Origin: Malacoraja senta | Taxonomy: Eukaryota | NCBI GenBank assembly: GCA_038087875.1 | Contig: CM075988.1 | Span: 13,518,001 to 13,582,000, forward strand | DNA length: 64,000 nt | Direction: 5' to 3' | Part shown: positions 25,741-38,597 of the stretch, piece after piece | How positions within the stretch are numbered: the stretch's first letter is position 1 | Layout of the letters: the number at the start of each line of letters is the position of its first letter | Program-made: the position numbers and the translations under genes | The notes under the pieces: model-generated | Told to the model about the DNA's origin: nothing | The model's database searches: none | Seen by the model: only the letters and a program-made list of their open reading frames with translations

Positions 25741-26039
25741 TTATCCATGCTATTCCCATTTGCTCACATTAGGTCTGTATCCCTCTACACATTTCCCGTA
25801 CAGGTGCATGTCCAAATGTCTTAAAATGCTGTTATTGTATCCGCCTCCACCACTTCCTCTGGCAACTCTATGCTCTCTAGAGAATCCCTTCTTGTGAATA
25901 AAATGTTTTGTCATCTCCCATCTGTAGTGGACCCTACCAGTGGTCCCAATAAATGAAGATCTTACCAGCCACAGGCAATGGGCTCCAGGATCCCAGGTTG
26001 GTTCTGGGACTGGCTTCTTTAAGAGGTAGATCTCATAGT

Positions 26040-26372
26040 TCGCTTGGGCAGCTTACGGTATGAATATTGATTTATCTAACTTCAAGTAACCCCGGCATTC
26101 CCTCTCTCTCCATCCCTCCCCCACCCGTTGCACCAGCTTCTCGTTTTCACCCAACAAACAGCTGACAATGGCTTGTTTCCTTTATCAATGTTACTTTTAT
26201 GCATATCTTTCATTCATTGTTCTTTATCTCTCTACATCGTCGTCTATATCTCTCGTTTCCCTTTCCCCTGACTAGTCTAAAGAAGGGTCTCGACCCAAAA
26301 CGTTGCTCATTCCTTCTCTCCAGAGATGCTGCCTGCCCCACTGAGTTACTCCAGCTTTTACGGTCTATCTTC
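26040..26372 (+). mobile_element. Penelope-like 3' end fragment
   Basis: cgcttgggcagctta..ggtatgaatattgat...aacttcaagtaa (endonuclease end) followed by the terminal arm. Confidence 0.75.
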
Positions 26373-27564
26373 AGTAGATCTCTGACTATCTTTTTATAGG
26401 ACCCCAAGTCTTTCCAAGTATTGCTTCTTGTATCAGATCTCACGGGAGCATTTGGCAGTTTGTAAGCGTAGGCCCCACACTCTTTCATCACCCCTAGCCC
26501 TCCAATTTTCCTGCCGCTCCTGGGTGTTGTTGTTCAGCCCATTTCTCCTCCTTTTTCAAAAGTATTTATTTATACAAGTAGCAGCACGTTCTTGCAGCAG
26601 AGCTGTATATCATTGCCTGATGTCTTTAATGCCACTATTTCCCAATAGGATACTGAACTAAACAGGCCTTCCAGACCACTGAGTCCACATTGACCATCAA
26701 TCACTCTTTCTTGCTAATCTTACATTCATCCCATTCATCATTTTTCTTACATTTTCATCATTCTCACACTAATCTGTAGTTTTCCTTCCCAGATTCTACT
26801 ATTCACCTACACACTACAGGCAGTTTACAGAAGTCAATTAACCTATCGAGGAGCATGTCTTGAGGGTGTGAGGGGAAAACAGAGCACCCAGAGGAAATTC
26901 ACATGGAGAATGTGCAAATTCCACACACGCAGAGTCAGGATTAAACCTGTGTCTGTGGCGCAGTGAGGCAGCAGCTCTCCTACCTGTGCCAGTGTGCTGT
27001 CTTAAGTGTATTTCTCACAAACTGGCTACTTGCCAACAGTCTCTCATCATTGAGATACTAATGGAGGTGGTGAGAGGAGAGGTGAACCTTGCTGCTAAAT
27101 GGCTGGCTTTCCATGTGTGATTAACACATGGCATTAACTGGATTAATACAGCTTAATTTGTCAAGGGTGGCATCAAATCAGCACGGAGACTGGTCCCTAC
27201 CAACTCTGCAATGCTCATTGCTGCTTTTAACAATTTGCCAGGTAGTACATGTCGCTTTAAAATTTCACGATCTAAACTGGAAGCAAATTGGTGCCTAGCC
27301 ACCAGAATATTGACACCGTGAACACTGCTGTGTACAGTTCTAATCGCCACACTGCTAGAATGATAAGATTATGCTGGAGAGGCTGCACACGGAATTTCCA
27401 AAGATGTGGCAAGAATGGAAAGTTTGCATGCGCTGTGATTGTTTGGAGATTTAATCGAGGTCTATAAAATTACGAGAGGTATACATAGACAAAAGAGGAA
27501 GAACCTATTTCCCTTCGTTGAAAAGTAAAAAATGAGCCGACTTTTGCTGGCAAGATTATGTTGT

Positions 27565-28005
27565 CTTATGATAGAATGGAGCGGCTGGGCTTGTATACTC
27601 TGGAATTTAGAAGGATGAGAGGGCATCTTATTGAAACATATAAGATTATTAAGGGTTTGTACACATTAGAGACAGGAAACATGTTCCTGATGTTGGGAAG
27701 TCCAGAACCATGGGCCACAGTTTAAGAATAAGGGGTAAGCCATTTAGAACGGAGATGAGGAAAAACTTTTTCACACAGAGGGTCGTGAATCTGTGGAATT
27801 CTCTGCCTCAGAAGGCGGTGGAGGCCAATTCTCTGTATGCTTTCAAGAGAGAGTTGGATAGAGCTCTTAAAGGTAGCGGAGTCAGGGGATATGGGGAAAA
27901 GGCAGGAACGGGGTACTAAGTGTGGATGATCAGCCATGATCGCAGTGAATGGTGGTGTTGGCTCAAAGGGCCGAATGGCCTACTCATGCACCTATTGTCT
28001 ATTGA
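27565..28005 (+). mobile_element. CR1 LINE 3' end
   Basis: ORF 27710..27919 GHSLRIRGKPFRTEMRKNFFTQRVVNLWNSLPQKAVEA. Confidence 0.9.
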
Positions 28006-28009
28006 TATA

Positions 28010-28188
28010 GGGTGGCACGGTGGCGCAGTGGTAGAGTTGCTGCTTTACAGCGCCAGGGACCCGGGTTCGATCCAGACTAAGGTGCTGTCTGTACGGAGTT
28101 TGTACGTTAATGTGCAGGGATCGCTGGTCAGCACGGACTCGGTGAGCCAAAGGACCTGTTTCCACGCTGTATCACTAAACTAAACTAA
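28010..28188 (+). mobile_element. HE1-type SINE with internal deletion
   Basis: Head gggtggcacggtggcgcagtggtagag...ggttcgatcc joined directly to the tail ending (taaac)n. Confidence 0.82.
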
Positions 28189-29618
28189 AGAAAGCCGTTG
28201 GGCCCATCGACAACAGGCTGGCATTTGAAAGAGCCCCATCCATCCACTTATTTCCCAAGAACATGTTCTCTTTCACATGCCCATGAAATGCACCACAAAT
28301 CTCCTGTTGCCCACCTATGCTGCGGGAAATTTGCAGCAACCATTTAACCTACGGACTAATATGTATTTGTCAGGCAATTGGGGCACCTAAGGGGAAACCA
28401 CATGGTCACAGGGAGAACTTGAAAACTGCACACAGTGGTCCGAATTGAACTCTGGTCACTCAGAATTGAGTCAGCCACACTTCCTGCTGCACCACTCTGC
28501 CAACCATTCGAGGGGAGCGGCAGATATTTTTAATCGAGAGGGTTCTGGAGCACAGTGGCTGAAGGAGTAATAAGGCCAGAAAGCTCCATCCTAATTAAAC
28601 AGTGCAAGGACATATAGTCATATAGCACGGAAACCAGCCTCTGGTCCAACTCGTCCCTGCTGACCAAGATGACCCATCTAAGCTAGTCCCATTTGTAGAG
28701 TACAATGTAAGAGCTGCAAGTCGTGTGAAGGCGAGGTTAGGCTGGGCAGCTCTTTCTCTGCAAAATCAGACACAATGGGCCGAAGGGCCTCCAACTTGCA
28801 GATATTTTCTAAGATCCTACAATCTTGTTGCCAAAGAGTCTCCAACGTACAGTTGTTCAGAATTCCTTATGACATCCTATCTGCCAGGTTATTATAGATC
28901 ACCAAAAATAACCATGCTGCCATAATGCTTGAAGGAGCATGAATAACTGTCAGAGATGCAAAGTTAAATGAAAAGCTTGTGAAAGATAAATGGTGGAAAT
29001 GTGTTTCATCTGTCACTGTCTCATTATCATATTTATCATTAATCTGTCACTGCGGGCTATCAGGCATTGTGATTTATGCAAGTTATGTTACATACTGTTA
29101 TTATTCTAATGGGCTGAACATTGTTTTTCAAGTTGAGGCATAATGGGCCATGTAAGAGTGAAAGTCAACTTGGGAAAAAATTGCCCTGGGGTGATATCAC
29201 TGAGTCCCACATTTCCAATGAGTTAAGGCACTGCTCAGAGTCATCATAATTCGGGACATTTAAAAGTTGCCTGCAATGAACCAAAACATGACCATTGAAT
29301 CAAGAATTAGCTGACAGAGACTGCAATTGCAGCGTGGAGTCAGAAGATTGATTTATGTGGCAGAGTGCAGGATTGGGCTGGAACATAATTTTTTATCATG
29401 ACCTTCTGTGAATGCTACATAAGGCTGCCGCCAATACAGTATACATTTTGTCCTTTCATGGAGAAATCTGGGTAGATATTAATGGCCAAGAATATCAGGG
29501 ACAAGAAATGGGAATTTATTCCTGGAGTCAGAGGAAATGGGTGAGGTACTAAAAGAGTATTTTGTATTGGTGTTCACCCGGGAGAAGGAATGGAGAATAG
29601 TGAGATCAGGAAGGGTTA

Positions 29619-30245
29619 AGGGCCTGTCCCACGAGCATGCAACTGCATGTGGCAAGCGCGACCTAACGTGGTCGCTTGAGCCGTACGGCCTCGCAGGGCC
29701 GGTCCCACTTCGATCGCCGGAGCCGTATGGAGTTGTGCGGAGCTGGTCCCAACATTGCGCGGGGCTCCGAAAAACTGACATTGTTCAAAAATTCCGCGCG
29801 GCTACGGCCTGCCGGCCCGCAGCCGCCTCAACGGCGTACGCACCGCCTCGACGGGCGTGCGCAGCGTCTTGACGCCGTACGCAGCGTCTTGACGCTGTAC
29901 GCAGCGTCTTGACGCCGTACGTCACGAGCAAACTTCCCGCGGACTTCGCTCGAACTTCACGTCACTCACTCGACCGCCGTGCGGCCCCCGCTTCTGGTTT
30001 GGTCGCGCTCGCCGCATGCAGTCGCATGCTACTGGGACCGGCCTTGTACAGGGATCACTCGACCTCCGCGCGACCCCCGCGCGACCCCCGCGCAGCCCCC
30101 GCTTCTGGTTTGGTCGCGCTCGCCGCATGCAGTCGCATGCTGGTGGGACCGGCCCCGTATGGGGATCACTCGACCTCCACGCGGCCCCCGCTTCCGGTTT
30201 GGTCGCGCTTGCCGCATGCAGTCGCATGCTCGTGGGACAGGCCCT
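29619..30245. mobile_element. PIF/Harbinger-like MITE, TTA target duplication, inserted in an old CR1 fragment
   Basis: TTA|agggcctgtcccacgagcatgc...gcatgctcgtgggacaggccct|TTA. TIR is roughly 45 bp; internal 20-bp and ~90-100-bp tandem repeats. Confidence 0.85.
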
Positions 30246-30355
30246 TTAGGTGATATTCTAGGCTCTAGGGCATGTTGATATCAGAGTAGAGAGAATACAG
30301 AAAAGATTCACAATAAAGTTTGCTTGGATTAGAGAGGATAGGTTTGGCCAACCCG

Positions 30356-30597
30356 TGTAGGAAAGAACTGCAGATGCTTTTTTAAATCGAAGATAAACAC
30401 AAAATGCTGGCGTAACTCAGCGGGACAGGCAGCATCTCCGGAGAGAAGGAATGGGTGACGTTTCGGGTTGAGACCCTTCTTCAGACTGATGTCAGTGGAA
30501 TGGGCGTAACACAGATAAAAGTCGGAGACAGTAAGACTGGTCGGAGAACTGGGAAGGGGGAGGGGATGGAGAGAGAGGAAAGCAAGGGCTGCTTGAA
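30356..30597 (-). mobile_element. Penelope-like terminal repeat with hammerhead-like core at 30457-30484
   Basis: Reverse complement of the 22850-23072 arm. Confidence 0.8.
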
Positions 30598-32059
30598 TGT
30601 GTGGCCAACTTGTATTGTTTTTTTTTGGAGCTTCAGAGGCTGAGGGGCAAATTGATGGAAGTATATAAAACTGTCGGAGGCAGAGACAGGTTAGATGGTC
30701 GGTCTTTTTCCAAGAGGTGGACGTGTCTAATATTTTAGGGAATAGCTTTAAGGTGAGAGGGTCAGGTTTTACAGCGATACATGTCATGTTTTTCTTTTTG
30801 CATAGAGTGTGGTAGGGGCTTGGAATGTGCTGCCAGGGGAAGTAGTGGAAGCAGATCCAATATGTTGTTTGGAAGCCCGTCACATTCTTTATGGTAGTTA
30901 GTGAGGCTCATTCACTTTCAGCTGGTTCATCAGTGACCTATCTTCTACCATTCGGTTATAAATGGGTATGTTACTGATGCAGCTCCTCAGGTAATGAAGC
31001 ATTCATGCAGCGAAGATCCATGCATCGTTTACATTTGAGTAATAAGTGCCATTGTATAACAAAAGTGCCAGAGGAAGACCATGTTCAGCAAGCAAGAATT
31101 TCACTATTTCACTGGGTCACTCACCATCAGAATTTTCTGTGGTTTCATTGATCAGAAATAAATACCATGTACTACAGTTAGAGGAGGGAGGGTCTCGACC
31201 CAAAACATCACCCATTCCTTCTCTCCAGAGATGCTGCCTGTCCCGCTGAGTTACGCCTGCTTTTTGTGTCTAACTACAGTTAGAGGTGTTGGGCATTCTG
31301 CATATTCTGCAGAAGTCATAGAGTCTTACAGCATGGAAACAGGCCCTTCTGCACAACTTGCCCACACCGGCTAACTTGCCCCATCTACACTAGTCCCACC
31401 TTCCTGCGTTTGGCCCATATCCCTCTAAATCTGTCCTGTCCAGAAGTTTACCCTTTTCTTGGTGTCCCAAATGTTTTCGACCAGCAGACAACAAATATGA
31501 TGGAATAACATCAACTTGCCTCTTGTATCAAGTGCAGCTCTGATAGCATTCAGGAAGCCCAGCATTATCCAGGCCAAAGCAACTCCTTGGATTAGAACTC
31601 AATCCACAAACTTAAACATTCACTCAGTTCACCAGCAGCAGTATGAAATATCTACAAGATGCTCTGCAGCAATCCACCAAGGTTTCCTGAGCAGTACCAC
31701 ACAAACCTAAGAATGCTATCTTGTAAAAAACAACAGCAGCATGCAAATGGCAACACTGCTTTCTTCAAGTTGTGCTCCAAGCTACACACCATTTTGACCT
31801 TTTCATGTGTATTTGTGCCTTCAGTGATGGTGGATAAAGTCATGCAAATCCATTGGTGCAAGCATTGTGGAACATCACCACCACAAACACTGGTGTCTCA
31901 AGAAGGCGAGTGGTTAGTTTCTTCTTAAGGGTAATGGAGATAGGCAGTAAATACTGGCTTTTGCAGCAGTATCCAACATCCTATGAATGTCACCCCTATG
32001 TGTAAGTTCCCTTCTTAATTATTCTCCTTAATATCTCATTCTGACTATATCTGATTTGC

Positions 32060-32420
32060 AACATCCTATTACTCCATAATTACTATTCATCCTGATTTAA
32101 AATTGGCTACCCAATTAATCAAATCCATATTTTAAAGCTTTTCCCTTTACTTTCAAATTCCTCAATAGCTTCATCCCTGTCTTTGTTACATATCACTTCT
32201 CACAGCAATGTCTTGGACATCTCCCACACTAATTACTCCATCATTAGTCGGAGAGCCATCAGCTATGGTGATCCTAAGCCCTTGCATTCCTACCCTGATC
32301 CACTCCACCACTCTTTTCTCCTTTCAGATACTTCCTGCAACTCGTTTCTTTGACTAGGTGGGAAGTTCAGTTTTACAGCACACTCTGGAATGCTTTATTA
32401 CATTAAGCGTGCAAGTAAGC
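32060..32420 (+). mobile_element. Old L2-like LINE 3' fragment
   Basis: Degenerate match to recalled L2 3' motifs (attggctacc...ttcaaattcctc...ccatcattagtcggagagccatcagc...ctttgact). Confidence 0.5.
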
Positions 32421-33342
32421 ACTACTGCAATCGTTAACCTCTATGCTGTGTTATAGACAAAACATCTGCACTTCCTCCATCTCCAGACCCCAAACTACAA
32501 ATTCCATTTTGAAGTGAAATTCTCCTTTGGTTCTTTGGTTACCACCATTAAAAACGTACTGAAAAGTACCCCTGAAGGGAAGAAAGGATGTAAAGATTTG
32601 AGGTTATGGTACGGCAAGCAATTCTTTGAAGAGTGAATTGGTGATCTACAAATCTTAACCACATGTTGTGTCACACTCTTAAATGAACAGGCTCAGTATG
32701 ATCTAATTCCACTGAGGTACTCAATTAAAATTGATTGTTGTAATTCATTCCATTAATGTTTATGACTTGCTCTTTATTCTGTTTCATTCATTCATCTTTA
32801 TTACAATAAACTTTCCTAATTATAACAAAGCCATAAAACATCAAGTATTTTACAAGGACGTGAGATTCCGGACCGAGATGAGGTATCTCTTGGCAAGTTC
32901 ACAAACCATTTGATTATTCCAATACACACTGGGAGTTGTGGAGTGGAAATTGGGGTATATATTTTTTCTTCTAAGAATTATGAATATTATTCTTACATCA
33001 TCTGTTTCACACCTCATTTACTCATATATTCTATCATTTTGAAAAATGTATCATGCCTTCCTCTTATGTTTTGGTAAATGGAATTTTTAAATTCTCTATC
33101 CTTTATGAATTTAGGTAATCAAAATTGTATGTAATATTCCAGATCCAGTTTCACAATCAATCTGCACAATACTGGTATAACTAGTTCTGATGAACAACAA
33201 AATGCCTTGCAGAAATGCTGAAATTTCAGTCTAGTTTATAGATAATTATTTAAGGCTCCCCAGAGATTGTCAGACTGTTTGCAGATTGTCTGTTCATACT
33301 ATGCACATCGACTGTTCTCTGCTCACATTTATATTGTTCTTA

Positions 33343-34098
33343 TCTATATAAGATCTTATTTGTTTCTATGTATGTCGGTGTGCGTGTATGTGATGAGTGT
33401 GATCCTGAAATTATGCCAAAACGGTATACGATAGTGCAACAATTTTGGCCCACCTTACTCACCATTGTCCTGTGGTGTGGTGTATCAAGTTTTGTTCAGA
33501 TTGATGGTATATCTAACAAGTTATTCACATTTTAAACTTTACAAAAACCACTTTGGCAAAAATCTCTTCCATCTGCACTGGCAGTTGGCAGCGTATGACT
33601 TCACAATGGGATCTCATTTACATAAACTGCCCACCAGCAATGTTCCACCCCACAATGACGTCACAATGGGATCTCATTTACATTAAAAAAAATGTTTTAA
33701 AAAGCACACCTCACAATGTCGTCAAGGGGATTTGGGAGGGGAGAGGGGTTATGGAGGGAGGGAGGGAGTGACTGAGGATAGGAGAAAGGAGAGGTGAGGG
33801 AGGGAGGGAGTGGGGGAGGGGAGGAGGAGAGGGGAAAGAAGAGTGAGGGTGAAGAGGTGGGGGAGGAAATGCTGGGGGATGAGGGGGAATGGAGGAGGAT
33901 AGGGGTAGGAAGAGGAATGGCGAGGCGCACTTGGGGAGGGTTGCCGTGATTTGCGTCACAACGGGGATCTCTGGCGTCACAACGGGAACCCATCAGCAGT
34001 GCCTGTGCAGTTTCGGGCTATGGGTGAGTGGTGGAATATTGCTTTTGGGGACCAGTCCTCACGTGTGACAGGGACCCAATGGGTTCCACTTTGTCTAG
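33343..34098 (+). mobile_element. Non-autonomous Helitron
   Basis: A|TCtatata start, subterminal hairpin gggaccc-aat-gggttcc (34071-34087), CTAG|T end, no TSD. Confidence 0.75.
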
Positions 34099-35342
34099 TT
34101 TATCATATTTTTCAGCTTGTCTCTGAGTAGAATCATTTCTTTGTCTCTTTGTTAGCAATTTAGATAATTTTGGATTACCTGCAATATTACTTTCTTACTT
34201 TGGTCCTTAACATATATTGTGGACAAGGGCAGTTCCCTGTGGCATCATATTAGCCATTTTGATGAATTAGTATCAGTCTTTGTTGATTATTGTCAACCAG
34301 TTCTTGGCACATCCCGATAATATAGCATGATCATTGGCAATCAACACAGTTATCATTGGGTGCTGTGCTTTCAATGTAAACTGGGGAGGAATATAACATT
34401 GGAGTTCATGTAAAATGTGGAGTAATGTTTTAAATACACATAACTGGCTTGATATTGCCACGGAAAAGAGTGTGAATGCAATCACTGCTGCAGTATTGCA
34501 TATGGAGAGCTGCATTAGCGACAGTGTTGCTGTGCTGGGAACATGTGGTGAACCCATACCTTCCTATTGCTGTACGTTTCACTGTGCGAGGAACTTGTGG
34601 CAAGGCCTCAACCCTCCGTTGACACTCCTACCACATGACATGGTTAAAATGATCTCATCACCTCTTGGCTCAGTATGGAGTGAACCAATTTGCAATGGTT
34701 GACTGTGGAGTCTGATGTTGTATACGCTGGATTGAGCAGTGTGGCGGATGAGCAATGACACGCCAAGCTTACAGATGCACTCTGGCTGGCACAGTGAGTG
34801 TGGGCATTGAAAGGGGACAGGTAGCACCTAATCCATGTGTTATTAGACCACCCGGACCTATGATCATCTCATTATCTCTTGGTGTGATAAAAAACGTATC
34901 CCCTCTCTTCCTTTATCTGCACAGCTACCAGCGATTTCTGCATGCTGACTAGCTCAACTGAGAGATCAGTGATGAAACCACTGCCTCATTTTAGCCAGTG
35001 TGTCAGATTCTTCACTCAATAGCGCGCAGTGGGCCAATATCTTCTTTAAATGATGGCAGGAAATGCAACTGTGAGTACACCATCTCCAGGACCAGGAAAG
35101 CCACAATGGATCAGCGTTTGCAGGGTAGTGCTAGACGGGGTATCACTGTGTGCGTGGTCACTGCAGAAACATGCCCCATATTGAGAAACCTTCAATTCAG
35201 TAGGTTCTCTGTCCCACCATTGTTTGCACAGAGGCCCACACCCCAGGCTAAGTGTGCATAGAGAAGAATACACCACTGCAGGATAAATACCCCATTAACA
35301 CAATACCCACATGGTATTTGTTGACTTCATGTTTGCATGCAA

Positions 35343-35915
35343 GAATCACAATCACAATTATACTTTATTAGCCAAGTATGTTTTAGCTCTCCCGTGGTCG
35401 GGGGCCTCGAACCCTCCATTGACGGATCTTGACTCCCGTAGCCGGCGGCGTTTTGGCCTTCCACATCGGGGCGATCAGCTCCCGCATCGGGGGGAATGTC
35501 AGCTCCCCCGCGCCGGCGATCGGACCCCACATCGGGGCTGGTCGAGCCTCTGCTTCGTTGGAGCTCCCGACTAGCCTCTCCGGAGACTGCAAGCCCTTGA
35601 TGGTAAGTCCGCAGGCCACGGTTGGATCGGCTCCGATGTTAAGTCCACGCCCCATGGTGGGGCACAAAGTCAGTACCAGGAGGCCTCCAGTTCTATTGAT
35701 GGTCGGCCACAGATCGGCCGTGGCCAGAGATGCAACCTAGAAAACAATCGCATCTCCAGCAAGGTAAGAAACTGGAAAAAAGTTTACCCCAACCCTCCCC
35801 CACCCCCACATAAAACAAACCGGAGAACATTTACACAGACTTTTAACACACACTAAAAAAAAAAGATGAAAAAACAGACAGACTGTTGGCGGGGCTACCA
35901 ATCGTGCGGCGCCCC
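35343..35915 (-). mobile_element. GC-rich non-autonomous retroelement related to 8451-9424
   Basis: Same 5' layout on the minus strand (ggggcgc, T-tract, G-tract) and shared ggacttaccatca. Tail catacttggctaataaagtataattgtgattgtgatt. Confidence 0.65.
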
Positions 35916-36426
35916 TGGAAAGCGGGTAAACAAATAGAGATCTCAAAATACAAACTTTGTAGGTTATTGAAGAGAATATAAGCAAGGTGTTCAAGCCCAT
36001 AATTGGAGAGTTCATATAGTGTTTCTGAATGCCACTATTTCTGACCCTCAATGTGAACTCATTGGTCAGTGAACAATCTTGATGGAGGATGACGGCTGTC
36101 TCATTATCCACCCAATTATGTGAACATCACAACTAATGTCATCAACTTGGCAACCAAATGTCATGAAAATAACTCCTGATCAATGCAACATTTAACCATC
36201 ACCATTAGGGTCCAGTAGCACAAACAATTGGTCTTTGGGAAATGAATCTATCAATTTAATATTGAAGGTCTAACTAGAGCAAGGGCTTATCTAAGCTGTG
36301 TTTACTAATAACATCATCAATATTCTCACAATACAAGTAACCAGCATCAGCAATGATGACCAAGCGTAACAGTGCAAGTTCAGGTAGCATTCTTATTACT
36401 TGTCACCCATTTTAGATACGACCTAC

Positions 36427-36941
36427 CTCTTCAAACAACTCTAAACTGTAAGTGTTGTCATCATCTGCAAAATACACGATTCCTTGTTGGGTGTTGTTCA
36501 TGTTGAACATTTCCCTCAGCCACCTCAACGCCAGGTTTCTCTGCATGGTGCCGCGTGGAAACCGAGGATCGCGAATGTCCCCGCTCAGCTTGTAACTGCG
36601 AGGTGTCTCTACATTCAAGTGCGTGTAGTTAAGGCCCATCTCTTTGAGGAGCCGGGTAACCAGTGTCGTTCTTCTCTGGGCGTCCTCCACCACTATCCAG
36701 TGGAGGTTGGGCACATGGAGCAGGGTGTTGGCAACTCTCGTCAGTTCTGCCTTCTGTACAGGCCTGTTGTAAGTTGGAGTGATGACGTGAATTGTGGGCA
36801 GGATGTCCGACCATGGAGGGGGTCGTGTGTAAACATACTCTGTCCTGATCACCTCCACAATATCCTTATCTGGCGGGCAATACTCCTTGGAGTCTGTTGA
36901 CTGACCAAAATCTCGACGGTTGCCAACCTCACTCCCATCGT
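36427..36941 (-). CDS. B3GAT1: B3GAT1 second coding exon (stem + catalytic N-part with DDD motif)
   Basis: Acceptor ttcttgcag|AC, (D)DGSEVGNRRDFGQSTDSKEYCPPDKDIVEVIRTEYVYTRPPPWSD...YFADDDNTYSLELFEE, donor gtaggt. Overlaps ORF 36412..36858. Confidence 0.97.
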
Positions 36942-37344
36942 CTGCAAGAAAAATTACAAAAGTTCAGCAAAATAAATTTACAGCGAGTGACTCTGCACTT
37001 GGCTTCAACGTTCTTTGCTAATGAAATGGAGCTCTCACTTTAGCACTAGATGGCACTCCATACTGCTCCATTGTATCTAAAAACTATGGCAGGCCATTGT
37101 GCAGATGATATGACAGTATTGAATACAATTGGATTCATATGGCATTTAACTGAGCAAAATCTATCACGGTACTGTATCCAGTTGATTATTATCAATATCT
37201 AGTTACCCATAGAAGTTCCTATTGTGTACAAAGGAAAACATTTTGATATGGTGATGACTCCAGTTACACTGGGAAAATCCACGCTGTTCTTTTCATAATT
37301 CCATAGGATCTGCAACAACTACCCAGCCAATTTGTCTGGATCTT

Positions 37345-37492
37345 TTCTTAATAACACATCAAGGACAGTACTCCTGACTGCAGAGTGCGGTCAATATTAT
37401 GGTGCAGAGTTAGCTGAGATGATGGGTGCAGAGCTGAAGGCATAATTATCTGACCCAGAAGCAAGAAAGTTAGCAGCTGAGCCATGCTGACA
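37345..37492 (-). mobile_element. Ancient SINE head, SacSINE1/DeuSINE-like
   Basis: Minus strand tgtcagcatggctcagctgctaac...ttctgggtcaga resembles the recalled head; heavily diverged. Confidence 0.4.
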
Positions 37493-38485
37493 TTCAGTGA
37501 AGTGTCAAATGCATTCACAGTCCAATGAAATAAAAGTTATATTCAGCCAGAAAATTCAGCATGGATTCACTGTTACCATTTGGCAATCATGGCTCATTTC
37601 TGACAGTTTTCCTTTACAGGCAAGGGGATTGACTGGAGATTGAGAAATACCCTAAATGAGTAAAATGATTGATCCGAAGAAGGGTCTCAACCTGAAACGT
37701 CACCCATTCCTTCTCTCCAGAGATGCTGCCTGTCCCGCAGAGTTACTCCAGCTCTTTGTGTTTATAAAAGGATTAAAGATATAGGTCAGCAACTTGGGAA
37801 CTTGGGCTGCGTGCATCTCACAGAGACTAATTACAGGGCATAATTTAACAACACTCAGGAACAAGTTTTGACCTCAGAACACGAGTAAGCTGAAAATGGA
37901 GTAAGAAAATCACTTGTTTCTTAAAGCACAAATATGTTCAAAATGTATAAACTTATGGTGTATCCTGTTTACCCTAATTCTACGAAACACAAAAAGCATT
38001 TCTGCGCGTGTTATACAGTGTGTGTCCAGAAGATACAGCTGCTCATTCAACACCAACACCAGTTGTCAACTATCCAGCGCACTCAGACAATTATAAGTTA
38101 CTCAGCTTTAATGTGCAAGCTGCGGGTGTGGGTTTAGTTTAGTTTAATGCCACGTGTACAGGGGTACAGTGAAAAGCTTTTGTTGCTTGCTAACCCGTCA
38201 GCAGAAAGACAATACATGATTACAATCGATCCAGTTACAGTGCATAGTGGATATCAAGCAGGTTACTATGTCCATATATAGATACAGCTGTTATATTTAG
38301 ACACACATCCTTTAAAATGGTGCACAGTGAAATGCTACAAGGCATTAATTCATTTTCATATCAAATCTCTGGAATCAGAGATCCTAGCTTCTAAGGTCCC
38401 TGCATTTGCGGGTCATTGTGGAAAATTACACTTTCAAGCATCCTTTTAAAATCGCTTTGTCCGTTTTGGTCTGGTCAACACTTAC

Positions 38486-38597
38486 CCTTTCGCAGAGTCA
38501 GCAGCGGTGAGATGGTGTTCTGGTGCCAGACGGTAATTAGCAGAGTCCACGGTAAAACAATCAACACAATTGCGAGGATGTCTCGTCTCTTCCGCAT
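38486..38597 (-). CDS. B3GAT1: B3GAT1 first coding exon (cytoplasmic tail + type II TM anchor)
   Basis: Minus strand ATG at 38597 reads MRKRRDILAIVLIVLPWTLLITVWHQNTISPLLTLRK+G, then donor gtaagt. Not in the ORF track; read manually. Confidence 0.95.

Larger units (their letters stand above)
11670..38597 (-). other. B3GAT1: B3GAT1 coding span: complement(join(11670..11756,23122..23418,36427..36941,38486..38597)), 336 aa, GT43 galactosylgalactosylxylosylprotein 3-beta-glucuronosyltransferase 1
   Basis: Exons of 112+515+297+87 = 1011 nt join in frame at GT-AG junctions (phases 1,0,0). The protein runs MRKRRDILAIVLIVLPWTLL...YFADDDNTY...GYQESSLL...GFTDPNVEI*, matching recalled vertebrate GlcAT-P. 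Sequons NYT, NNT and NCT are present. Confidence 0.96.

Noticed and set aside
29858..30245. Repeated palindromic GC units resembling a CRISPR array
   Set aside because: Spacers are not unique, the context is eukaryotic and the units lie inside MITE TIRs.
36484..36900. 138-aa plus-strand ORF
   Set aside because: Antisense shadow of a B3GAT1 exon.
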